Positions 13,372 to 25,543 of a stretch of DNA of 64,000 bases are shown in pieces (the stretch's first letter is position 1; each line of letters starts with the position of its first letter). The DNA comes from Lobosporangium transversale. Lineage: Eukaryota. The notes under the pieces were generated by a model. It was not told where the DNA came from and ran no database searches. It saw nothing but the letters and a program-made list of their open reading frames with translations. The stretch lies in the NCBI RefSeq assembly GCF_002105155.1, contig NW_019028993.1:248001-312000 (forward strand), given 5' to 3'. Both the position numbers and the translations under genes were made by a program.

Positions 13372-15519
13372 ATGGGCATTCTCAACCCAGTCTGCACTGC
13401 AACAGATGGTATCCGAGTGTTCGCACTTGCATATGCTTCCAGCTATAGCGACGTATCTTCTAGTTATAATATCTTGATCAAGTCGAACGACTATCCGCAT
13501 GAAAACGTCCAGGACATGACCTGGTCTTTAGTCAGTGCTGTTCCCCGTGATCAATACTATTACCTCAGTGAAGATAATATCAATGGTCGTGGATATGGTT
13601 GTGCAGTCGATAATAAAGGGGTCTTTACGGCTCTAGCACGAATATCACAGCAATCCAAGTCTGCTCCACGCGACGCAGTTGTTAGAGGGATCCAATATAC
13701 ACCTGGTAATGCAGGAGCAGAAGGCACATGGAAGAACATCGATACCTCCCAGCCGTATGTTTGGCTCGAATCTACCAGTGCTCATCTGTACAACTTGATG
13801 GATCCAGTAACAAAGCAAATAACCTTGATGCACGCCTCTGTCTCGACTCAAGGAAACGATACTGGAATCATGATGGCCTCGTTCAATCCTGCCACCAACA
13901 CCATGGAACAAAATGCAGTCCCTTGGAAGTTGGTAAAGCGATCCAGCTCTTTATTGGGTATGTTAGTTTTTTTCATTGTTACCATACTCCACTCGCTAAC
14001 GCATGACTCTATGCTTCTCGAATCATCATTAGCCCTATGTCACTAGGTCTCTTACATTCGGAGGGAACAACGCCCTTCTCGCCTTAGGACAGAACTTAAC
14101 ATCAGTTTGGAATCTTGAATCTTTCTTCGTAACAAAAGTCCTGCTTACACCTGGATCTGTGACAATGCCGAACCCTCCAACACTCAGGCATATTGTGGCA
14201 TATGATTTAGTGGACGAGTGCCTTGCGAATTACTCCGACGTCAACATGTGGCCATTAAAGGATGGCGCTGTGCTATCTTGCAGAGTAAGAAAAAAAAAAA
14301 TACAAATAAAAAAAAACCAAAAAAAAAAAAAAAAAAAGGCATTACGGGATCTCTCCAGAGGTTAACAACTATCAATATACCACTATTCACTTCAATCCCC
14401 CTCCGCCTTTAGTCTAAAGCTCCTGGAGCTGTCATGACTGAGGTATTTACAACGGACGGGGCTAACAAAGTTACCCAACTCACGATTTCTGGGTTTGCAG
14501 GCTTATTTGACAATGTACGTACGATCCTGCTTGTCCAGGGATCAGCCAGTCCGTTCTTGTTCATGTACAACAGTTCTGGTATCTATGGTATTGCTCTAGA
14601 AGTGAGTACAGAATCCAAATGGGCCAGCTCATCGACCAGAATCAACATTCCGGATCAGTATGGCCTTGACATAGGTGGATCTTCACCTTCCGATGGTCCC
14701 TCGGCTGGGAAACCTCGACCAAGCAATGATATTTCAGATAAACATGAAAGCACCAGTAATGGAGGTATGATTGGAGGAGTGTGTGCAGGCATTGTAGTGG
14801 TTGCTGCAGTTGTAGTATTCCTATTTATGCGTAAGCGGCGACAACAGAACAAGGGCGCCAAGAGCGCGTCCAAAGGCTTGGCAGGTTCAGAAGGTAGTAA
14901 TACAGGCTTGGAAGGCAACAACTTGCTCCCACTACAGCCACCTATCGAGCGGGCCATGAAGTCGGATGTCACAGACTCATGTGGACCACATGCAGTACCT
15001 CCAGTACCTGTTCACGATCCTCATGGAAGTCAAGTAGTCTCACCTTTGGATAGTGACGCCTTGGGTCTACCACCAGCTCATCCATCCTCGGATCCTACTA
15101 TACCAGTACCATTATATTGGGAGCCGAAGCCTTTTATTCCTCCTAGGCCAAGCAATATCAGCAGCAACAGCGATAATAATAATCGCACCAATAACAATAA
15201 CGGCGATCAAAGCACAAATGCGAGCACTGCTTTACCTTCAACATCGACTCTCTCAAATGTACCACGATTCTGGGAACCCAAACCATTTATTCCGCCGACC
15301 CGAAACAACAACAATAGTAATAATGACTTTAATAATAGCAATAACAATATTGTAAACAATCATAACAGTAATTCACCATTAATACCAACGGTGTCGGCCT
15401 TGGCGCAAGGGCCCTCAACAGAGAGCCTTCAGTCGTCGGAAGTCTATGCCGAGCGGCGAAATTCACCGTTACATAGAGCTCCTGCTATTCCTCACCACTC
15501 AAGACCGAACGGGCTTTAG
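13372..15519 (+). CDS. Receptor-like single-pass membrane protein, array member A (~639 aa)
   Basis: Exons 13372-13932, 14033-14284 and 14413-15519, all phase 0. Family motifs MGILNPVC, LIKSNDYP..WSLVS, CAVDNKGVFT, GIQY, GTWKNI. TM GGMIGGVCAGIVVVAAVVVFLFM followed by RKRR. Confidence 0.82.
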
Positions 15520-15694
15520 TCGTGAAAAAACCAAGGCTTCTTATTCTTTTCTTTCCTTTAAACAATAAAATATAAAATATAAATGCTTTTTTATATCTCT
15601 GCCAGTGCGTATCCGCTCATAAACATATCTATTTTTACATGGACTCTGTTAATGGATAAACACCTATTGAAGCTTCAAACATTTTTAAAGAGAC

Positions 15695-18001
15695 TATACA
15701 TATTGATTCGGCTGTGCAGAGTGGTTGATTTCTGGGTGCCTCATAAACTTGTAATTTAAACTATTTAAAGTTTACACATTGTTTTGGATGGAGTGAGCAT
15801 GCACATTCAAAATATGTCCACCGACACGCATTACACTTTGTCAAATGCACTTTTTCTTCCGGTCATAAAAACAAAAGCAACAAGGTCCGAAAGCGAGAGT
15901 CGAAAGGACTGAGCACGGCGCGATGTAAGAGCCCCTTCTTCTACTCTTTCCCCCTTTGTTTTCTGTTGACAACTCTCGGATCTAAAGGCGGCGCGAATTA
16001 GTCTGCTCTTAAAATCTTAACTCTAATTGCATGCGTGCACTGCCCCATATACACATGCCTCTCTTTTTTCTTGTTCTCGTTCACTTTCCTTCTGTCCTCT
16101 CTTTTCGTCTTTCTCATTCCCCCAACTACCTCTGTCCACATCAACATGGGTCTTCTCCGTCCAAAATGTCTGACAACGGACAACACTCGACTATACGCTT
16201 TCGCTAGGGAGATGGATCTCGCAACTGAACAATATCACTATCTGCTACTGAAGTCCAATGATAACCCCTCATTCGACCTAAAAGACCTGACTTGGTCCAT
16301 TATCAGTGTTGTTCCTACCACAGGATTGCCACTTTTTGTCTCCTATCCTTATTTTGGTGACTTCGACTGTGTGGTTGATGACCAAGGTGTGTTTTCGATC
16401 ATCGGAAAGAATGATTACGATGAAAACTTCGAAGATTATCCATTCAATGTGAATGCGATGCAATACGTACCCTCGTTGACTCCAGGAACCAATGGCACCT
16501 GGAGAAACATCACCACACCTACACAAGAAGCCGATTATCTTTGGAATCGCGCCTATAAAGGCACATTATTCAATTACAAGGATGCACAGGGCAAGAACAA
16601 TCTGATGCACACCTATATCTCCTCCAACGAGTCAGATGTCTATGTTGCTGCCCTGGATACTACAAGTATGACACTAAAGCAAGGAATAGGTGCTTGGAAT
16701 ATAGTGCGTGTTCATATTTTTCCCGAAGCTGCGTTGGTTTTTGGACAGACACAGGATAAACAGCTAATCTAACTTCACTCTATTGCTGACTTTTTTATTT
16801 TTTATTTTTTATTTTTATTTTTTTTTCCCTAAAAAATTGACTTGGACTTAGACGAACGGAAAGTATTCACATAGTAGCTACGCATCATTTGCAAACAACA
16901 ATATCTATATATACGGCGAGGATTTCGATAAGAGAGCAAAGCAGTTGTTTGCGTTCCCAATCACCAGTGCCTCTCCCAATGCTCCTGGTGTTCTGCCCCG
17001 GGGCTTCAACGCGACAGAAGTGGACAATGCTTGTGGAATTTACACGTCATCGTTCGTAATGCAAGCTCTTAAGGACGACCTAGTTATCTTTTGTCGGGTA
17101 AAAATTGGGTCACTCGTGGTATTACACTCTTTAATTAGAATTTTTCCTCGATCGTCTAAATTTTTTTATTTTTTTATTTTTTTTTTTTCCATGGAGTAGA
17201 GAGGATATCGCATTCACATCTTCAACGGCAGCGGCTTCACAGCACTACCAGTTATCAACAGTGATTTAGAGTTCGAATATATGAATGCTATGGTCCCTTT
17301 CCCAGGCGCTACACCATACCTCTTCATGTATAACAGGGGAGGGTCTTATAGTATTCCGCTCAATGGATCCTTTGTTAGTTCTGTGCTCAAGGGAAATAAT
17401 ATCACAATTGTAGAAAATTATGGGGTTAAACCTTTGACCCAGCCAAATGAGACCCCTATTCCTACAGTAGGGGCCTCCAACTTACCTGCCAATGCAGTTA
17501 CTACGCAAATACCCAACACAGGCACTGAGCAGGAACACTCGAACGCCAACAAAGGAATGATTGCTGGTATTGTTATCTGTATTCTCGCTGCCATGGCATT
17601 TTTATTGTTCAGATTCAGACAACATAAGCGCAATGCATGGAGGAAGAGGAGCAAAAGCGCAGCAAATGCTGCTGCTGCATCTACCGTTGCTGCAAATGGC
17701 GCTGGCGTCGAAGGCTATACTTCCGTTAGCCAAGGGGACTATTCACCATATCCAGCTCAACACCATAATGAGAAGGCGCTACCAGAGGTGAAGGCAAAAG
17801 TGGCAGATGATATCTGGGAGTACAAGACTGTAGACCCAGTTAGCCCATCGATTGCTGGCAGTACAGTCCACTCAAGCCCCTACTTTACCTCTCCACCCGT
17901 CCCTAACCATAGCAAGCCCGGCCTAAGTCCTGGCCAATACTAAATATATAAAAAAGACGCTGCCAGATACGATACCCTTCCTTATACTAGTTTTCATCAT
18001 T
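15695..18001. repeat. Segmental duplication, copy 1 (matches 22474-24780, no differences seen)
   Basis: Constant 6779-nt offset for every ORF and intron. Identity starts at TATACATATTGATTCGG and ends in the 3' UTR. About 80 further nt are homologous but diverged. Confidence 0.93.
16146..17943 (+). CDS. Receptor-like single-pass membrane protein, array member B1 (~515 aa)
   Basis: Exons 16146-16703, 16852-17097 and 17200-17943, phase 0. MGLLRPKC, LLKSNDNP..WSIIS, CVVDDQGVFS, GTWRNI. TM GMIAGIVICILAAMAFLLF followed by RFRQHKR. Confidence 0.82.
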
Positions 18002-18081
18002 AAACCAATCCATTTGCAATATTTTTTGTTCACTTGTTCACATAATAATAGTAGGAGGACAGAGAAGAAAAAGCGCTAGCA

Positions 18082-19597
18082 CGGTGTTCCCTCACTAAGC
18101 CGTCGAAAATCGACGATTTGTTGAAACCGAACCTTTATTGATTTCAAGTGCAGTCATTCCTTCTCTCTTCCTTCACTACCTTCTATCCTTCATTCATCCA
18201 TATACTCAAGCAGATAACCAAGCAATGTCTAACAAACAGCCTTCACAATCGAAGTTTACATGCCCAGCTAAGAGACAGATCGTCTTTGGTAAGTTGCTGC
18301 CTCTGGAGAAGCGAATCCGTTACCCCTACTATAGTCGAGCAGCCAAGCGCGAATTCAGTCGAAATATGGAGACTGTAGAAGACGTTTTGATAGAGTGGTA
18401 TGCTACTGAGACCTTGGCCTCAATGTCACTGATAGATGCCTGCAAGGGGTAGCAGCGATGATTTAGACTGGAATGAGGCCTTTCTCTCTTCCAGATCAAG
18501 TACCAAAACCATGTTATTTTTCGAAATGATGGCTCCATCGCTTTAAAAATAGATATGGCCTTAAACCTTTCACTAGCTATGGCAAAAGTGGGTGGAGCCC
18601 GAGGCTGTAAAGGACTGCATCCAGGCTATTAAAGCCAACCTTACCGACTTCAAGCTTGAAAATACCTACAATTGTGGTAAGACAGACCTTTTCCTTACAG
18701 ATATGCCTAACAAGAAGCATGAGGCTGGACCTATTCATGGAAAAAAAGATTGTTCGGTCAGCTAGAGTCTCAACCCTGTTTTGTAATAACTCAAAAGTGT
18801 CTGACAAGCGCGAACCTTTAGTTCTTGCGATGCATCACCCATTGGATCTGGCCAAAGATTTCTTCAAGACAATGGATGCAAGTCGTTCTAGTAAAGGTTA
18901 AATGAGACAACCTATGTTCACTAAATGGCTAAAGTGACTGGATGGTGACATGCAGGAACAGGGCTTCCCTAATCGACAGTGCACCAGAACATTGGGGTTG
19001 CGAAGCTCTTGAAATCGAGAGCATCACGATCACTTGGCTACCTTCAAATACGAAGTCAATGACAAAGCCTTTGGATGCAGGTGTTATAAGATTGTTCAAG
19101 GCGCTTTAAAGCAATAATATGCTTGAAGCTGTGGTGCGTGTAAGGGCAAAGAGCAAATCGGCTAAGCTTTGCTATCTAACGCGGCGCTTTGGTCGTGTAC
19201 CGCTAGGGCTTGACGATCAGTGACCCCAGCTTGCGTCTGCGGTTGCCTTGTTGAGGTTCCTATTTTGACCTTCGAATAAAGGAACTATTAGCATTGCCTT
19301 GGAATCTAGTCAAAAGGAGAACAGACTCTTCAGCTTCAAAATAAACTCGTTAACGAACATGGTGGAGACAGAGAAAAGGCCACCAAGCAAACGAACACTA
19401 GTGTGCTCAACTGTCTCGCAATGAACTGCTTCGAAGGGTCTTCTGAGGTGGTTAACGGTGCTGTCAATAAGATAATGACTTCCGAAAAGCACAAGCGTCG
19501 CTTCATTCCCCACACGAAAGATGATATCGTTTACGAAAGTGATGAGATAAAGGAAGAAAGACAATGAAGTTTTCGACGGCTTAGTGAAGGAACATTG
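18082..19597 (+). mobile_element. Decayed pogo/Tigger-type (DDE_1) DNA transposon
   Basis: 28-bp terminal inverted repeats at 18082-18109 and 19570-19597 (25 of 28 match), with TA at 19598-19599. Broken transposase remnants: METVEDVLIEWY (CENP-B-like HTH), NCGKTDLF (compare NxDETGLF) and WLPSNTKSMTKPLDAGVIRLFK (compare FLPPNTTSxxQPLDxGII). Many stops and frameshifts. Confidence 0.88.
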
Positions 19598-20092
19598 TAC
19601 AATTCAGCCTGTAAAGTTGAATTTTAAATTCTATTGAAGTTGCCCTTGCCTTCGATAGTCTTCCAATTCTAATATCTCTCGCCTCTGAGTGTTGGGAACG
19701 CTCACTAGATGGCCTGTTATGGGACCAACAAGGCAAACCTCCCCTTTGGATTTACTGAACATCACAAATAATGTTCATATATATATACATGTATGTTTTA
19801 TGACTAAAATGGGGGGCCAACTTAATAATCAATAACTAGGAAGCTACTCTTCCAAGATTCTACATATATTTGATTTCCTATTGTAGATACTATGAATACA
19901 TATAAAAAAAGACTCTTGAGATTGATAGAAAGATATGCCAGGAATTTATTACGGTTTTCTCTTTTCATTTCAAAGTCCTTGGGTATATATGCATTACTCG
20001 AGAAATGTCGAAGGAATATTTAGGAACTCAGATGAATACATCAAAGTCTAAAACATAAAATGTTGATACAAAACGATTTTTTCCCTCCTCCT

Positions 20093-22190
20093 TTATGGGC
20101 TAGGTCGTGAATGCAGTGGAATGGAGGGCGCTCCCGAAACAGGTGAATTCGTGAGCACGCTTTGGCCTCCACTATAGAGAGTGTGAGTCGCTGTAGGAGA
20201 CCCTGCAGAGGCATAACTCGGTGATCCCGTAATATGGTCGACAGAGAGAAGCGTACCAGGAGGCGAGCCTGCTCCATTTGATACACCTGACGATGTGGCA
20301 AAGTTAGGTTGTGGATGTGCCGAAAACAAGAACTGTTGTTGACCAGGCTGTGTTGCCATAGGACTAGACGTTGTTGGGACTCCTCCTGCGTACGCCTGTG
20401 CTTGTTGTGTCGTGTTTGTCCATGCCTGTTGAGTTCCTGTGGGCTCAACGACCATCTTAAAATTACCATGTTCATTGCTATTGGGGCCTATCATTAATGG
20501 CTGTGACGCTGCCTGAGTTGCAGCCTTGCCTTCAGCTTCAACTTCTTTGCGATCGGCCCGCCAACGGTGAAATACAGATCCTGCTGCCGCGAAGGCAATT
20601 AGCAATGCTAAGACAAATCCGACAATGAGACCCGTGGAGGGCGCTGTAGAGTGAACATCTCCTGAAGGAAGGACGGTTATTTTAATATAATCCGTGGGCT
20701 GCGGATTTGGATCAGTACCGAACGTGTCCGTGACATTGATGGTATGGCTCACATTATACCATTGACCAATGTTGGGACCACTGAGGTTAATGCCACGGAT
20801 GTGGGTCTTGTTGTTAAAGTCAACGTGCGGAACAAATGCAAACGCCGGCGCACCATTTCTGGGCCCCATATCTGCCCAGTACATTTCATAAATATCGCGG
20901 GAGAAAACGAGATCCTGGCTCAAATGAGTGTTTGTGGCATTCTTATAGTGTGATTGATCCGAAAGATCCATAGTGAGCAGCCATGGATTCCCGGATTCAT
21001 AGCCCTAACCATGGTTATAGTAAGGAATAAAATAATAGTAACAATAGTAATGATAGAAATGTTAGGAAACATTGTTTTTTCCTTTGATGGACTCGCTATG
21101 CTTACAGAAAGAAGAATATCTTACGGCACGGTAGAGGAAGTAATAAGTATCATCAAAGAAGGAAGTAATCGAGATATCAAAAAGAGTAAGGTTGGGACCA
21201 CTCAAAAAGCTTCCAAAGGGCCCAAACTCTCTGGCATCTGCAGCAGGGATTTTAGCAGGTATTGTAGAGTTTAGGAGTGGGATTGTAAGAATACTGACAC
21301 TGTCAAACGGTCTACGATTATCAGATATGATAAACAATGTGTCTTTATGATAGGTCGCTTTCACGAAATCATAGTACGTGCTATTCTGCGTAACCAATAA
21401 CCAACAAAAAAAAAGGAGGAAATGGGAAGAGAGACATTATTAATGAAACGGTTCATAAGGATCCCAATACATCTGAAGACAATACAGTACAACCATGTTC
21501 TTGTTGTTGCAGCCGCTAGAACTAAATCTCACTCACATAGTTCCAGGTAGGACCTTGGTTCAATTGAAGAGATGCATTGTCTAGCACTCCAAAATTCAGT
21601 ACATGTTGTGTGTCCAGATAAGAGTGAATAACGACGTTGTTGCCTGAAGCATCATTGACATGATAAAGCGATACTGAGGTAGATTCCGTGGTCCAAGAGT
21701 AGGGGCTTATGATATCAATATTCTTCCATCCGCCCTCTCCAGTGTTGTTACCGTTGGGCGTGGCTGGGAAGAGTGGACTGTATTGGAGACCAGCCGATAC
21801 AGGAGGGGATGTTGGTGTTTTGCGTACAGATAGAGCAATAAAGGTGAATACGCCCTATAAAACAAATCAACAGGGAACACATGTCTCAACTTCACATTAC
21901 ATGTAACAATCAAGCACTATCTATGTCTCAAGCAACGTCCTTCGTACCTTGTCATCCACATAACACAATTGACCCCCTTTACTTCCTGAGATATCATATA
22001 ACACTGATGCTTGAACCGAGGAGACTACTTTCCATGAAACATCAGCTGCTGAGGTTGGGTTCTCGTTGGATTTGATTAAGATGAGACGATCAGGATCCTC
22101 AGCGAACATGATACTGTAGTCTCGGTCAACTGCAATTCCATAGAAGGAATTCGCGTTAGAGGCAAAGCAAAAAGGACTAAGGAAGCCCAT
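20093..22190 (-). CDS. Receptor-like single-pass membrane protein, array member C (~577 aa)
   Basis: Exons 22190-21948, 21854-21537, 21385-21125 and 21004-20093, phase 0. MGFLSPFC, LIKSNENP..WKVVS, CYVDDK|GVFT, GLQY, GGWKNI. TM GLIVGFVLALLIAFAAAGSVF followed by HRWR. Confidence 0.82.
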
Positions 22191-22473
22191 TCTTTAAACT
22201 GCTGAGGTAGGAAGAAGAACCGATAAGAATGGGAGTTAAAGAAAAGGAGATGCGAATGCGCTGAGTAAGATCAACCGGTAAGAACAAGAGTAAGAAAAGA
22301 GAAAACTAAAAGTAGGGGGGAAAAAAAAAAAAAAAAAAAAAAAAAAGATGGCAAAGGGCTACAAAGCAAAGGAAGAAAAAAAGAAGTAAACCTCGAGTGA
22401 GCGAGCAACATTGCTCTCAAATTCACGGCGTGTGGATGGATGGTCGTAAAATTTTTCAATTGGGTAAATACTA

Positions 22474-24780
22474 TATACATATTGATTCGGCTGTGCAGAG
22501 TGGTTGATTTCTGGGTGCCTCATAAACTTGTAATTTAAACTATTTAAAGTTTACACATTGTTTTGGATGGAGTGAGCATGCACATTCAAAATATGTCCAC
22601 CGACACGCATTACACTTTGTCAAATGCACTTTTTCTTCCGGTCATAAAAACAAAAGCAACAAGGTCCGAAAGCGAGAGTCGAAAGGACTGAGCACGGCGC
22701 GATGTAAGAGCCCCTTCTTCTACTCTTTCCCCCTTTGTTTTCTGTTGACAACTCTCGGATCTAAAGGCGGCGCGAATTAGTCTGCTCTTAAAATCTTAAC
22801 TCTAATTGCATGCGTGCACTGCCCCATATACACATGCCTCTCTTTTTTCTTGTTCTCGTTCACTTTCCTTCTGTCCTCTCTTTTCGTCTTTCTCATTCCC
22901 CCAACTACCTCTGTCCACATCAACATGGGTCTTCTCCGTCCAAAATGTCTGACAACGGACAACACTCGACTATACGCTTTCGCTAGGGAGATGGATCTCG
23001 CAACTGAACAATATCACTATCTGCTACTGAAGTCCAATGATAACCCCTCATTCGACCTAAAAGACCTGACTTGGTCCATTATCAGTGTTGTTCCTACCAC
23101 AGGATTGCCACTTTTTGTCTCCTATCCTTATTTTGGTGACTTCGACTGTGTGGTTGATGACCAAGGTGTGTTTTCGATCATCGGAAAGAATGATTACGAT
23201 GAAAACTTCGAAGATTATCCATTCAATGTGAATGCGATGCAATACGTACCCTCGTTGACTCCAGGAACCAATGGCACCTGGAGAAACATCACCACACCTA
23301 CACAAGAAGCCGATTATCTTTGGAATCGCGCCTATAAAGGCACATTATTCAATTACAAGGATGCACAGGGCAAGAACAATCTGATGCACACCTATATCTC
23401 CTCCAACGAGTCAGATGTCTATGTTGCTGCCCTGGATACTACAAGTATGACACTAAAGCAAGGAATAGGTGCTTGGAATATAGTGCGTGTTCATATTTTT
23501 CCCGAAGCTGCGTTGGTTTTTGGACAGACACAGGATAAACAGCTAATCTAACTTCACTCTATTGCTGACTTTTTTATTTTTTATTTTTTATTTTTATTTT
23601 TTTTTCCCTAAAAAATTGACTTGGACTTAGACGAACGGAAAGTATTCACATAGTAGCTACGCATCATTTGCAAACAACAATATCTATATATACGGCGAGG
23701 ATTTCGATAAGAGAGCAAAGCAGTTGTTTGCGTTCCCAATCACCAGTGCCTCTCCCAATGCTCCTGGTGTTCTGCCCCGGGGCTTCAACGCGACAGAAGT
23801 GGACAATGCTTGTGGAATTTACACGTCATCGTTCGTAATGCAAGCTCTTAAGGACGACCTAGTTATCTTTTGTCGGGTAAAAATTGGGTCACTCGTGGTA
23901 TTACACTCTTTAATTAGAATTTTTCCTCGATCGTCTAAATTTTTTTATTTTTTTATTTTTTTTTTTTCCATGGAGTAGAGAGGATATCGCATTCACATCT
24001 TCAACGGCAGCGGCTTCACAGCACTACCAGTTATCAACAGTGATTTAGAGTTCGAATATATGAATGCTATGGTCCCTTTCCCAGGCGCTACACCATACCT
24101 CTTCATGTATAACAGGGGAGGGTCTTATAGTATTCCGCTCAATGGATCCTTTGTTAGTTCTGTGCTCAAGGGAAATAATATCACAATTGTAGAAAATTAT
24201 GGGGTTAAACCTTTGACCCAGCCAAATGAGACCCCTATTCCTACAGTAGGGGCCTCCAACTTACCTGCCAATGCAGTTACTACGCAAATACCCAACACAG
24301 GCACTGAGCAGGAACACTCGAACGCCAACAAAGGAATGATTGCTGGTATTGTTATCTGTATTCTCGCTGCCATGGCATTTTTATTGTTCAGATTCAGACA
24401 ACATAAGCGCAATGCATGGAGGAAGAGGAGCAAAAGCGCAGCAAATGCTGCTGCTGCATCTACCGTTGCTGCAAATGGCGCTGGCGTCGAAGGCTATACT
24501 TCCGTTAGCCAAGGGGACTATTCACCATATCCAGCTCAACACCATAATGAGAAGGCGCTACCAGAGGTGAAGGCAAAAGTGGCAGATGATATCTGGGAGT
24601 ACAAGACTGTAGACCCAGTTAGCCCATCGATTGCTGGCAGTACAGTCCACTCAAGCCCCTACTTTACCTCTCCACCCGTCCCTAACCATAGCAAGCCCGG
24701 CCTAAGTCCTGGCCAATACTAAATATATAAAAAAGACGCTGCCAGATACGATACCCTTCCTTATACTAGTTTTCATCATT
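22474..24780. repeat. Segmental duplication, copy 2 (matches 15695-18001)
   Basis: Direct comparison with copy 1; same orientation, offset 6779. Confidence 0.93.
22925..24722 (+). CDS. Receptor-like protein, array member B2 (same sequence as B1)
   Basis: Exons 22925-23482, 23631-23876 and 23979-24722. Translated ORFs are identical to those of B1. Confidence 0.8.
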
Positions 24781-25471
24781 TAAACCAATCCATTTGCAAT
24801 ATTTTTTGCTCACTTGTTCACGTAATAATAGTAGGAGGACAGAGAAGAAAATAAAGCGTTGGCGCAACGCACACCTCCAATAACCTCTCCTTTGGCACTG
24901 CGGGATTATTTACTTTGGCATAATTTTCTCTGGCCCATGTGATCACGCTAAGGTTTTTACTCTACAAGAAAAGGAATAAATGTAAACAAGGGTGGAAAAT
25001 AGAAACCTCTGATGTGTCTTTTTTATGGGTGATCAGAGTCAAAATGAACCCATCTCAGCTCAATAACAACAGGCATGTTTACCTGGCTAGTTGCAGGACA
25101 CTATGTTAGACTTCATAGAAACAAGATAAATTAATCGACTGGCCGGTACAGCTCTTTGTCCTGACTTCATGCCTATTTGCCCTTCATTAGCACATCGGAG
25201 GAAAACCTGGGTACACGCCGCGTTGCTGTTTTTGTTAAAATGAGCCTGCTCATACCCAAGTCAACTTACAACCCAACCCAATAACAACAGACATGTTTGT
25301 TTACTTGACCAAGTTTAGGGAATCCACAAATATCATAACAGAGTGTAAATAAACCGACCGGTCTCGTTGCCACACTCTTACCTCTTTGCCACTATTCTGT
25401 TTTTCACTGAATCGAAGCCCTTATTAATTCCCATTTTTCTCTTATTTCTTTTTTTTTTACAATTTTTCCAA

Positions 25472-25513
<42 letters not shown>

Positions 25514-25543
25514 AATAAAAAATTGAAAAAAAAAAAACGAAAG

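Noticed and set aside
16035..16145. Hydrophobic in-frame extension upstream of B (also D 25367-25543 and F 33338-33222) as a signal peptide
   Set aside because: Starts are GTG or TTG, the hydrophobicity comes from pyrimidine-rich leader DNA, and paralogs A, C and E have in-frame stops just upstream of the conserved MG start.
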